Of a DNA stretch of 64,000 nt, positions 13,401 to 27,425 are shown piece by piece. Location: contig OZ320320.1 of the NCBI GenBank assembly GCA_976226885.1, forward strand, positions 31,558,001-31,622,000, read 5' to 3'. The notes beneath the pieces were generated by a model. It did no database searches and had not been told where the DNA came from. It saw only the letters and a list, made by a program, of their open reading frames with translations. Within the stretch, counting starts at the first letter, position 1, and each line of letters opens with the position of its first letter. The position numbers were made by a program, and so were the translations under genes. This DNA is from Iphione sp. A-MEVVRFRX5. Its lineage: Eukaryota.

Positions 13401-16400
13401 AAGAGACCCTTAATGAATTGAAAGCTTGCATGCCTTTAGGAGGCAAGGGTCACTCAATAAATTAGAGTCGCATCCTTCGTCATGCAAAACATATTATGCT
13501 GAAAACCGAATAGGGGAAGTGTCCCTTTCTCTCGACAGCTAGTGACAGTACCATTTACAAGCCATGGTTTTAAGATTTTGTAACCATAACCTTAATACCA
13601 CATCTCGCTACTTAGTTCATTTGGTAAGAATAAATTCGCGGTTCTACCATAAGTCGAAGGCACTGCACGCACCACTGAAGGTCTGTGGTTTGCTGTGTTT
13701 TCAGGTTGGGACAGAGTAGGCTTCGAAGAATACGGTTCCCAGTATCATAGGCAGTGCTCTGCTACCCCGCCCCCTTTGGGGTAAATTACATGTACTTGTT
13801 TGTCTTTTGTTAGCTAGAATATATTATTTCGCCAATTTTGACACAGGTTGTTAGTCTGTCTCTGCAGATGAATCTCCATATGTCGTCTTCAGTGACAGGG
13901 GAAGAGGGTTTATGGTCTCATAAAGCTATACCTTAATGATACCGGACGAGTTGAGAAGGCGAGTACTCGGCGAGCTGCTCTCATACGTCTCCATCTGCTG
14001 AAGGATGTCCAGGACGCGCATATTGCTGTAGTTGACGAGTCGGAAGCCGGTCAGGTTTACGTAGTTGTGTCGGAAGTTCTCCATGTCTATCGTTTCCATG
14101 TCCTGGGCAAAGAAATGTGAAAATATTTTGCAAAGCTCAGTATGCCGGAGAATTTCTGGAATGTAAGTTATTAAGAGAAAGTTTTTTTAACTCAATTTAT
14201 TACAGTTTGTAATCAAAGCAATGTGCATGACTGAGGGAACGTCAGAGATCTTATCAGGTAAGAAAATCTCTGGAATCACAATATATTGAAGAACCTAGAG
14301 AATCACATTTTCTTAGAGCACCTCAGCAAACGAAATGTATGCAAGGATCAATTGTAGGGAATGTCAGTACATGACAATTTTTAAACTAAGGAAACTGAGC
14401 ATTTAAGGGATCTGCAGGGGTCTTAGTATGTAAATCTCAGAAATCTCCGTATGTAAGAGATACAAAATAATCTCAGTATGTGAGAGAATTTCGCCAATCT
14501 TAGTATACCAGAGACACTCGCTGATCTCAGTACCTTACAATTTCAACATATAGTGATTCGAGAGTGAGCGGGTATAACAATAGAAATAAGAGGTTAATTT
14601 CTTCTAACATTGATACGTATATACACAGGTGTAACGAAGACGTAGGATCTGCCTTTTTTAATTTTTGTTCTGACTCTATTGCATCTTCTCCACATCGCCC
14701 TCTCTATCTTTAGCCATTCCATATCCACATACCGGTCTCGCATGTCATGTGTCTGTCTGTCTACTGTTCTGCCTAAGCCCTGTCTCTATGTCTGTCTGCC
14801 TGACTACTTTCTCATCTGTCATTCCCTCTCCCTGACTGTTCTCCTAATAATCTTCATGTTGGCCCTTGGCTACATGATGCTTCTTCGTACATTTCACTCC
14901 TTCAATCTCGACCTCTTTTTTCTTCTCGTTCTTTCTTTTTATTCTCCTCTGCATTACTCCAAATTAACTCCTCATCTGTCTGTGTCTCTACTATTTCTTC
15001 GGCTCTCACAGATCGAGAAGGAAATGTAACTGACTAATATCACTTTTCAGAGCCATTCTGTTCCTCGGTGGAGACTGTAGGGACTAGGAGTGGTAGGAGT
15101 GTGTTTGACGAAGTACTACCACACTACCGTGGAGACATACATCTTGGTCTGTTGGGTGCGTGAGAAGATATGCGTGCTGTGAGGAGGGAAATGGCGTCAC
15201 CTCCACCTTTCCCCTTCGGTGGATTTTCTTGGTGCTTTTACCCGGACGTGTCATCTACATCGTGAGTGACAATGGGTAACGGAGATCGAAGAAAGGCCAG
15301 TCTCTGGTAAGGGTGGTAGCGGACGGCTGTGGGGGGTAATGGGTACACATTTCACCGACAGCCGTATCAATCTGAATCACTCTCCGCAGTTGCATTCATC
15401 CCCCCCTCCCAGCATGACTCCAAAGGCCTTGAGAGAACGACAGGCGCGAGGCCTTCTGGTAGCGTTAGTGGGAGGGGGAGGGGATGCGGCCGTGTGATGG
15501 ATCGGCGTCCTGGGTAACCGCTGTTCTGGGCACCTGCACGCACTCCCTATCGCAGCTACTGACGCGTGCTTGCATCCCACCCTTCTCCCTCTTTCCCTTC
15601 TTCCACTCTTCCACATGACCTCCATCCTCATCCTGCATTCTAAATGACACCCTCCAAGAAAAAGCAAGACACCGGAGCCAATAGAGAGCAATACCTATGT
15701 CACATAAAACAAAGCGCTGATAATGATGGATAGGTTTGTACTTACCAGGTTCGTCAAGATGAAATGATGAACAGGGTCTATCATGCCAAGTTGTAACGCC
15801 TGGTAACGAGAAAGAATGAGATTTGACGAGATAGTGCGTGGCAGTCATGATGGCGGTTCTCCTCCCCAACCCCCCAACCGCCCCACCGAAAGGATCCTCA
15901 GCTATGTAGGGGGTTCATCGGAGGTTGAAGGTAGGTTGCTAGAGGCGGGGAAAGGGAGGGTGTGTTGGGTGGGTGTGGTGGGTTTGGATGGGGGCTTAGC
16001 TCGATTAACAAACGCCAGCTACAGATAATGGCTTGATCCGCAAACAAGCTCATTACTCGTAGTCAGGCTCAACCCAATCAGAACTGGAAAACAAAAATGG
16101 CGACGTCCCAGCTCTCCTCTAACTAGTGAAGAAATCAATCAATTTGTCGCCAGCGTCCAAGAAGCGTCCAATACATCTTCCTGAGATAATGGCTGCACCT
16201 ATCTTTGCTTTCTGAGACTTTTTTGTTTTTCTTTTATTTTGCATCATTTTCTTAAACAACCGAGCAAGATTGTCTTTCTCCTCCTCATCTATATCGGCCG
16301 TACGCATAACGGGCGGTAGTTATGAAGAAGTGCCTACGCTTTTGACTTTTGCATCAATATTACTTCATCATTCTAGACATTAATCCTGCCAGGAAATGGT

Positions 16401-19400
16401 TGGAGCTGCTGCCTTTGGTGCGCCGCGAATCAACTTTCGCATTCAGAAAAATCACATTTCGACAATGTTTTCCATGCCGTTGTGTAGCATGGTTTGGGAA
16501 ATTAAGACCAAATGTCAGACAATAAGGAACGTCAGACGACAATTAGAGGTGCTCCTCTGAAAAAGATATTAAAAGCGTCTGCCTAAATTTTTAAAATCAA
16601 AACTCATGCTGGTGATAGACATCATCAGAAACACTAGTCACTGTCTTTATTTCTTTTCATCCTTATTCATATTGCAATTCCCCACCATTTTACACAGTAA
16701 TTATTCTTAAAGGAAAACTTCGGATGATGTCTTTGGCCCTTTTCAAAAATGTTTATTATATCCTTCTTGTCAAAATGTCCCGATATCTAGCTGAAGCAAC
16801 CACTCACGGCATTTAGCAACCAGTATGTGTCTTCGGTGTTCAGATGAGCGATAATATGGTGGATTCCCTTCTTGTCGATTTCCTTAAGCGTTTCTCGCAT
16901 ATTCTCGCGTGACGCTTGCCGCACCGTAATCTCCACCTGGCTGTTAATCGGAGCTCGGATGATGTCTTGTAACAGTAAGAGATCTTCAACGAGATTGAAA
17001 GGAATGCTTCGTGAGCACATATCAGAAAATAAATATTTAGATTGGAAAAGCAAGTGCTCTCGATAAGACAGGCTGGATAATACAATTGTATATCATAATA
17101 TGTCTTAATGTCCTTTATTCAATCTGGTCTATCTTTTCCAGAATTTCGCACTGATCTGTAACCCATTCCAGCGATCTATGGTTTACTGAAGGACTGAAAT
17201 TATTTTATATGCTCCGTTGAGGAAGGTTTTGTTCAACGTTAAGCTATGTCGGAGATAGTAAGTGACTCAGTAAATAAGGAGTAGTTTCCAGAGATGCAGT
17301 AAAAGATACAGGCAAACTCTTATGAGGAGGTTTTTTATCTATAGGGCAAAAGAGAAGCCGTAGGAAAAAATAATTACGTACAGACCGAAAAAGAACAAAG
17401 AGAACACGATCGTAGGAAACAATCGAGAAGGAGATGCAAAAAGATCACACGTGTGGACTAAAAGTGGTGGGGAGGAGCTTCAGGAAGATACTCACCGTTC
17501 TTGTTAGCATAGATCACAACGAACTTGTCCCACTTGAAGTGCTTGAGCAGCTCCAGGTAAGCCCTGGAGAGCTGTCCGGCGTCAGGGTACAGGTTCATCG
17601 AGAAGAGCTGTGAGTGGTCGTTGCCCGGGTCCGAGCGGATCTCGATGTGAGGAATCTCGAGCGTGTTGCACATGGAGTTGATGTGTCCTGCGATGTCGTC
17701 GCCCCTTGGTCCAAAGATGGCGGCCACGCCAAGGCCGGCCTGGTTACATGCTGTAGAGTGAGAGTACAGGAATAGAGAATAGGATCAGCATATGGATTCT
17801 TATACACGGAAGTGTCAATATAATACAAAGTCATCCGAAAAGAATGACCTGGTTACATGTTGTTAACAGAGAGACGTGGAAGGGGAGAATGGTGAGCTTT
17901 TTGATTCTTAGAAAGTGGGTTGTCAATTCGATGCATGACCATTATAAAAGGGCTGACATGGTTACATTTTTTTAAAAACGGAAGAGAGAAAAAAGAATAA
18001 CTAGATGTCTGACTTATTGATTTGATATATTGTAACCTCGCGGCTGGCTAGTTTACATGCTGTAACGAGCAAGTGAGGGAGAGAAAAAGAGGAAGAGGAA
18101 AAGAGGAAAGGCAAGTCAAAGGTATCACTAATTTAATGTTTGACTTTGAACACGCCCACCTAATATTTGTTCTTGACAAGTCTGAATATATATGTAAATG
18201 GAAAGTGAAAACAACTATTGGTTATTCATTGAAATGTTGCTTCATTCAATGGAAGCTTGTCTTTTCTATGAGGAACAATAGAAGGGAAATTTGTGGTGAA
18301 AGGGACACATAAATTTTTCTGGTAGCCAGAGCAAAAACCATTGTGACAGTCAGTGTGGTCTTGGGGTAGGAGAAAAAAGGGGACTTGCTGGGAGTATTAT
18401 TGTGTTTTCTCTGATAACGCACTGATTTGTTGATTAGGTTTTTATTGAAAAAAAACTGTCACAAGTTTTGATTGTTTTTTTTCGGATTGGGAAACAAACC
18501 GCGTTTGCTGCCCTCATTTTAGGCAGTTGTGAGAAATCTCTGAAGCAAATGAAAATGTTTCGATACATTAATTCTGTTGAAGATCCGAGCTCATTTTTGA
18601 AGGCTGAAATGAGTATTTCATTCATACAAAGTCATCTTGTTTCATTTTAGATAAAAATACTGTATGATACAAACGATGCTTATCGTGGCAGAATAACAAT
18701 GCATGAACATTCATTTGAGGTTGGCTTTCAATAAGTATCCAATAAAGGTCATCCTGTGACGTAACGTTACATAGGGCAGCAATCAACTGTTGCAGGTAAC
18801 TTTTAAAATTGGAACAAAAACAGATCCGTTTTACAAATCTATACATTGTTACGGTTCTTAATATGCTTTTTTCACGAGCCATTCTCTATAGTAGCGATGC
18901 GATTGTTGAGACAACAGTGACAGATGGCTGGTGACATACAGGTCAGAGATAGCAGACAAGAACGAAAGAACATACCCTTAGAGACCTATATAAAGAGACT
19001 TGGAACAAACAAGAGACCTCTAGTCACAGCTGACAGATGGTTATAGGCAGCATTCTAATGGGAACAGTTGTGCTGAGAGGAACAAAGACACATCAGTTTC
19101 CATTAATTATAAGAGGTTTTGTACCCAGACAAATGGATTGTAGTAACATGAGGAAAAAAAGCCCAGAATTGGTTCTGTTGCGTGTATCATACCAAATGGC
19201 CGAATCAGATAAAGGCTTATTGTAGACTCTCACGTGGCTCCTCTATAGATTGCTTATTCGCCTTGAATGGCTTGGACATGGTACTTTTGTATTCCGCACC
19301 GTCCTATTTACATAAACTACCGATGACCAAACTATCTACTGTTACTGCTGAGGGATACAGTACATGTACTTGCTTTAGTCCAGAGGGAAAAGGTGACGTG

Positions 19401-22400
19401 TTAGAGGAAAGCTAATCCCGACCACGTTAGGTTGGAATTTTCTTTCTGTTAAATTACTGGTCGGAACAATCTGGAAAAAAATCCAACTTCGCCATCGTTT
19501 GGGTCTTTATTTGAGATGTATTACACCTGTAGCGCGTTTCGATCAGCAAAGATCCTCTACTAGAAGTAATTCATTGGAGTAAATATTACAGAAAGAGTCA
19601 AAATGACGGCGTGGTCCAATACATGACTGACATATTTTAGGGTGTATTACAATAATAAGTGTGCAACAAGCCGGGTTTCTACCATGTATAACGTTGCACT
19701 GCAAGACTGCTCCTCGTTCTCCTTGCGTTCGTGCTACAGAGATATGGAGATGCCCCAGGGCTGAAAATAGCGCTGAGAAACGAAAGGAGGGAGGCAAGGA
19801 GAGGAAAAATACAATGGGAGGGGGGTAAAAAAGACGTAGAATAAAAGAACAGCAAATGGACCCAGAGCGTCAGTGACAAAGCGGCTGGTAGATGGCGCCA
19901 GGCTCGGCTTAAAGGTCACCCCCCCACCCCCACCCCGAAACCCAGCACACAGCACATGCCTGCATGCTCTGCCAGTTTACCGGCCTGCCACTAGGGGCCG
20001 CTGCGAGAGTCCATGCGGTCACCGTATACACCGCCGAGAATAGCCCGATGATCGTTCAATGAACTGTACAGGTAGCGATCATGTATGCTCTCTCAGGTTG
20101 ACACCTCGACAAAAGCTCTCTGTAATTACTTAAGATCAAACACCTACGACTACACACATCTATTCTACTTACGATGTCCTAACTGAACCCTGGCGGGACG
20201 ACTCAAATCCCTTCGACTCATAATATAGCCTACCAACCTTTATGAAAAAGAATCTACTTAGTCCATGTTTGCGCCAAGTGCATTGTCTCGTTCTTACCAA
20301 ATTTAACTGACGGTTACAAATACCCATGGCCTAACCAACGATATAGTATCTAAGCTGTGGAGAGACATTATGATCTTAGATCATGAACCACACATGAAAT
20401 ATCTCTGAAATTTCGTGGAATTCTCATTGATAATTCAACACTGAAACACTCACTGTCCGATTGATTCATAAATAATCGAGGCCGTGTTCTGATTTCTGGC
20501 GAGGTCACTGTTAACTAATAATCGGTAGTATGTATATCCTAGTTCTACTTCCACGGGTTCAACATGCTGAGTACATTTATCAGAACTTTAAACCTATTCA
20601 TGTCTGCTAGATATATAGTCTAAATGTAGTGTTTAAGGCCGATCGTTGATTGGAGCTGATCACTTTAAGAAGAAATTAGAACACAAATCTCAATTCGTTG
20701 AACAACAAACTTGTCTTTTCATAAAAATCATCGAAAATAGGAAAATCTATGATCCAAAGGACACCGCAATTTTTGTAAGTAAATTGTAAATATACTATAT
20801 GGATACTGCGATATATAAGCACATAGCTATAACAAAGTTGTGATAAATAGTTCTCCCTTCCATCTAGTGCTTCTAAAACATCTCCACACAGATATGAGAG
20901 TCCAACGAAATGATAAATTTTATTCAAGATCAGTTAAAACAAGACTACCTGTCTGACATGTGAAAACGCCACATAATCAGGTGCTTGGATAATAACATGA
21001 CACATTTCATTAATATTGCACAACTGTTTGTAAGCTGACTCATCACGCTGGCTCCCGAAAGAACACGGGATAATATGTTTGTCTTGTTGAGTGGAACATT
21101 CATAATATATTTGTCATATTAAGTGGAACAATCATACATCTCCGTAATACATGATTACAACTTGCGGTCAATATGACTATGAGTGATCTACATCCATACT
21201 GTTCTTTGATATACAATCCATACTTTAAATAGAAACATTTCTACAATTCTCAAACCTATGGTTGAAATACGTCACCCTATCTAATCTTTAAAATTGTTAT
21301 AGTTATTATATATACAGTGTAACATACAGCACACACAGATTCGATTCTGTAGCTCTCGACTGTGTCCGTGTTTATGTGTGTTTGCCATTAGATACTATAC
21401 CTACTTATAATTATTACTTATTTGCGGGGCCATTGTTGTCGTCAGAATGTAACCTATGGCATGACGAGGATCCTTTCTATGACTCTTTACCTGTATATAC
21501 CTGACAGTGTGCATCATTCTGAGTGTGCGTCGGTATTTCAATGCTGCAGAGCCCACCCACCGGCCCTCCCGAAGTCCCCTCCTTCCACCTTCCTTCTCCC
21601 AAACTGCTCGTCTAGAGGCAACAATAATGCTCGAGGTCACGTGAAGATGGGCAGACTGGCGCCCAGTGTCTGTGCACTGGCACAGATGCTAGATGGCTCT
21701 TTTCACTGACGGTCTAACTGACATACAGGAGAGGAATCAGGCTTCAATCGTCGAGTTGGTAAATATCGGCTCATGAGAAAACTACAGGAAGTATTATGTT
21801 TAGGCACATGCTATTAATATGCTCGGCACGGCAACATAACTGTGCAAAAACTGCCATTTCATATATAACCTAGTTTTCAGGTACTTGACACAACATGGTA
21901 CATGTTCTCCCCTGACATACCGTGAAAAGGATAAGAATATGAAAGTAACTACAATATTATTTGCTAGAGTGGAAAGGAACCCGCCTCCTTTTAAAAATAC
22001 ACCTTCTCTATTTATTATGAGTTGCTCCATCGCAAGACTAGTTGTAACAACATGAATATCTGGGAATTCAATCAGTGGCCAAATGCCTCGGACGCACTGT
22101 GCATATCTTATGCCTCTATCGAATTCCTGCCTTACTTTTCTCCCTTCAGGATTTATATTGGCGTCGGATAAGAAGGGTGCCAGATAAGAAGCTAGGATGT
22201 GACGAGCTGGGTGACAAGAAGCCGGTATCAGTCGTTGACCTTTTGCACGTAGCGAAATGAAAAGGGACAGAGTTTATAGTCCCCTGGTCCTACAGTTTGT
22301 CTCGTCAAACGATGACTTTTTATTTGAGAAGGGAGCTTAGTCTTCAGATTTGAGAATGATGAATATGGGAGAAATGTGATAAGGCAACTGTAAAAAGCCT

Positions 22401-25400
22401 TGGAAGGGTGGTCTGGTTTTTTAGGTTCTGTGGGATTGGACACTTTGGGCCTATCCTAAGCTTGTTTAGTGACTTGAAGATGGAGAAAAAGACTGCAAGT
22501 GCAACAGTTCATTGACCACAGTATAAAAAAAAAACAACCAGTGTTACTCGACTGATTAGTACTGTTTTTAAATGCTCATCTGCAAAACGGCACTCATTTT
22601 CATTGAGAGAAAATCATTCTTCTAATTTTTGGAACGTTTTTTTGAATGGCTAATATAAAACGTTGCTATCAAGTTTTCTTTATCTATCATTCAGTAGAGC
22701 GATAGCAAATATTGCTGAAACTTTAGGTTCGTAATCAACAGGTATTTTGGACAATTCATTCTAAGTCGTAACGATAGTTTGCAAAATCATTGATCTTCAT
22801 TTTGTCGTTATTTCTCATGAAAACAAACCAGTTGCTCTTCCTGTCATGAGAATTTTTTCAAAAACAAAATGGATTACTTTGAGAAACATAGTTTGTCTTC
22901 AGCAGCCGATCGAAAAACACGCCTTACATTTTCAACAGTGCACAATGCGCTTTGTCGATATATACAGCTCTTTCAATCTTATCAAAAATGCCTGGAAGTA
23001 CGTATACATCTTCAGCTTGACTCTGTGTTTCCTTCATGCATCTCTGAAATAGGCCCATTCCCTGGCCCGCTCTGTCCATCTTGGTCCAGCAGGAAAGTAG
23101 ACCCACTATACCTGCACGCCATTAGGAAAATCAGACTGACGTGGCGAGGCCAGCAGGATAACCTCAGTCTTTTGGGCAAACGCGCTGGGATCTGCGTATA
23201 TTAGTGGTTCATTTGGCTTATCCTGATTTGTCAACCTCGCTCCGATAGTCTAATACATACTTATAATTATCAATACCTATCGATAACTATCGATCGTTGT
23301 TTCAGACGGACAAAAAGAATTATCATGGAATACAATTTGACTTTAATTCCATGCATAAAGAGAAGAAAGCCCCATGTCCAAAGTGAAATGGATAATATTT
23401 ATTGGAGGATATCAGACAGCGTTACTTTTGGCCCATATCCCCCCCCCCCCAAGAGACCCTCTCTAGTAATACAAGAGCCTTTATTAAGGCTGGTATAACA
23501 TTGTCAGTTGCCTCAGAGAGAGAGAGAGGGTCCCGCACCGATAATATCAGTAGTGTGCTTGTAAACATACCTTGAGTGTAAAGAATATTTACGCCAATAT
23601 TATAAACGCATCAGGAAATGATTAACTCATACTCAATTCGACATCAACCTACACTGACAGTAAATATTTAAGTTATATCTAGGACTTCACTCTATTCATT
23701 ATTTTTAAAATAACAAATGGTTACAGAGCCATGTACTTTATTGACTAATATAGCTGGTTTAAACAGTCCGCCGATAACACAGCTCTGTATATTGTTTGAG
23801 TATTACATTGAACTCGTGTTGAGATATCCCTGCTTTGAATCAGTGTTGTTAAACACTGGGATTATCGATACTTGTAAGGGCACATTTGGCCACGAAGCCG
23901 GTCCCATCAGGACTTTAGCGCGCACAGAACACCTGCTCACCTATTGCCAAATACCTCGTCTCCGTGAACCTGTCTGCTGCCTTCCGTTTGGGTAATTTCA
24001 GTAACACTGTAAAATTTTCGAAGTGGGATTGCACATTTACGACCTGCAGACAAGAAAAACGCCGGCGGGCATTGAGATGGGCTTTTCGAGATTGCCATTG
24101 CTTGTAAAGTCTCCACATTGCGTTTAGAAGTTTTAAAGGTGCCGGATTTCGGCCTCCTCCAATAGATAAGGCTTTTAAGGAAGAGAATAGGTTACTCGTG
24201 TCAGTGGCTTCGTGGCTGCCTTCAGAAGGTATTCGCCAAGTGGCTTCCATTGAGAGGTGCTTCCGTTGTTTTTTTGTAACTTTTATTGTGGTTGTTTTTA
24301 AAGTTTGGTTAATGCTTCTTTCTTCAGACTTTTCAGAGCTCTTCTCTACCTCAGATTTCCCTTTGTGTTAAGATTCCTACTAAACTCACCCGCTCTCTGC
24401 TGTTCCAACACATCTCCTTCCATACCTCCTTCGATACCGAAATGTCTCTTCCCACACAAGCACATACACACCTCCTTCCCCACTAATTTCACACACACAG
24501 GCACTTCTCCTCTGTCACTTGTGCCTCCCTTCTACACGCAGCTACCCCTACCTTAACGAAGCACCTCCCATTTCAAACGTACACTTCACATTTATCATAC
24601 GGGTCTTTCCCTGCTATCGGAGCTTACCTGGACTTTCCACGCCTGACTCAAACGTGGCGTTCTGCATTACGAAGCTTCCCCGGCTTTCTCCACAAAAAAA
24701 CATTCCAGCCCCCCCCCCCCATACTGCCTCATCTACATTCACACCCAACAGTTCTAACCCACCTACTCCTCACATATATTTCTACCTGCACATGCACGTT
24801 TTCTACATGCCCCGTCTCGCGTTCGCATTGACATTCTACACCTTCTCTTCTACCTACATTTAACCTACATGGTTTATCGCTCCAATGAGAAACTTTCCAT
24901 TTACTTCACACTTCTTTCTCCTCAGCCCAGACCTTCCTCTCCTCTCTTCGACTTCATACAACTCCTTCTCTTCCATACCCAATACCCACCATACCCATAC
25001 GTTTCTTTCCACTGCACCATCCCTTAGTCCCCAAAAGCTACTGCTGCCCAGCACAACCCACAACCCGAAACCGACATCTTCACAGCCAGACTTCAATTCT
25101 CAACCAGACATTCGCCTATTGTAGCAGACCCCCTCTATCTTTGCTTTCACACTCACCACGGCACCAGCCCCCCCCCCCTACCTACCAACCACATACCCAC
25201 CAACCCAGTCCGTCTCTTTCAGTAGAAAGCCAGCCGAGTGTAAATAGCAGGTAACAGGGCGGCGGCGGACGGGGTCGTTATTAGAGGATGCGTCTTTTGT
25301 ACTGTGTCGTGATAGATGCCAACTTACTGGGCCCCGCGATCTCGGCGCCTGTCGCGGTTACCGCCGCCGGAATGTCCTGATGGCGGCGACCAGAATGGCG

Positions 25401-25718
25401 GGAATGCGCGGCGTGAGATAGATTGGAAGGCGACTGGCGGTAACGGGCCGAGCGGGGCGACGAGTCATTGGAAGGGCGTGCCGATCGAGGCGAACCCGAG
25501 GTCGTCGGCCACCGACCCTGCGAAAAGAGGGCGCTGGCGACTGCAGGTTGACGGCCTGTACGTGTGTATGTATGTGTGTGTGTGTGTGCGCGCGCGCGCG
25601 CGCGTGTGTGTGATGGGGATTGAAAGTAAGGGCAGAAAGCTAGATCATGTTGGAAGGTGGCTAGTTGGAGTTCTTCGAAGTGCGGAGAATGGGACAAGGC
25701 TGGCAGGACCCATTTCGG

Positions 25719-25753
<35 letters not shown>

Positions 25754-27214
25754 GGGGGGGGTCAGATGCATGCTGACTTGAAGGGTCCTACTTTGGTCTG
25801 GTGGTGGTGGGCGTGTTTAGGACCTCGATGGGGGTTGATTGAAGGGGACCTTGGAAAGTCAAAGTGTAGGTTGGCTGAAGGGTTGGCAGATACCGGACAA
25901 CTGGAAAGATATAGGTCCTATGGCTCCTAATTTGTTATATCAATGGTAGGGTGGGATACTTTGATGACGGGTGGCCAAAAGTACAGCCCTTTGATCCTCA
26001 GGGGAGGAGGTTAAGAACGTAATCCCATCTGGTCGAAGATGTAAGGTGTAAAATATGGCCTTGCGTGGAGTGGACAGAACTAGATCGCTCAGGATAAAAA
26101 CATCGGGAGGTCATCTGATCCTCTGCGGAAATCTAGGTAGACAATGTACCTTGGTATGAAGCCTTCATTACCAGCATGTTTTCTCCTCGGTCCACGCAGG
26201 GTTGATATGCGGAAAACGTATTTATAAGTAGTAACAGTTTCAAATAGAGGGTGTGGGAAAACAACTAAAAAGGTTATTGACTCAGCATTAATGGAAAGCT
26301 AGGCAATGAGCTGTCTGTAGGTCAAAGGTCTCTATGTTTCTCTTGTTCAAAAATAGACTACAACTCTTCCACCGAAGAACTACAAATTGAGTAGAACAGA
26401 TGCCTGAAGCTAAAAACAATAGGTATTCTAAGGAGTACCAGGAAAACTGTGTCAATAAGAAAGGCAGCCAACCTTGATCCACTAGAGGAAAGAGATCGCC
26501 AGAGACATGTGCCACTCATACACCAGTTGTATCATAAACACTTGTTGTGTGTAGATAATTTGAAAAAGAGAACTCGAAGGAGTCTGAGTAGGATCTTGAC
26601 AGTGAAAAAGCCAAATGTTAAGAAATACAGGTCTTGCTACATTTAAAGAGGAATAAGTATGTAGAATTTATTGCCAGAGGTAGTAAAAGCTGACGAAAAG
26701 GGGTGTAAGTTGAAGAAGCTTCAAGGCAAACACAAGAGTAGGCATCCTGAGTTAGTTGTGTAGGTGACATCTGCATATCAGACATCATATCCATCCATGA
26801 TTATCACTGAAATGGAGCACTAATCTCATAGCATTATAAAACCATTTTTCACATGTAATGTTACAAGCATGCATAATGTCTATTTCATTTTTTGTTCTTT
26901 GTCAGAACCATTCAATGGAAGATCTTGTGTATTGGGATATGCGAGAGCTGAATAAACGAATCTTGAATCTTGAATTAGAGAAATGACCAACTGCAGCACT
27001 GCATAATAATGTTTCGGTACTAGATCAAATGCATACCTTTACTCAGTGCTCCCATGATTAGCGTTGTTGAAGGTGTAGGCAGGTTTGAAAACATGTCATC
27101 AGTGAGGTAGCAGTCAGATTTGATTTCCAAGCCCCAAACATTGATATAATTTATTTGTTCCTGAGAAATTTTACCACAATTCATTTTGACATTATACAAC
27201 AAAAAAACGATTAT

Positions 27215-27255
<41 letters not shown>

Positions 27256-27365
27256 TCCAGACAGGGGCAAAGATCATCAGGGACTAGAGATAGAAAGAAA
27301 GACAGGCGGATAGGGTGGGTGATTATCTGGAGAGAGACCAAGACAGAGAAAGATATAAGCAACCC

Positions 27366-27425
<60 letters not shown>

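Noticed and set aside
25316-25930. 204-aa plus-strand ORF and overlapping 138-aa minus-strand ORF
   Set aside because: They arise from GC-rich sequence and microsatellites (VCVC and ARAR runs); no domain features.
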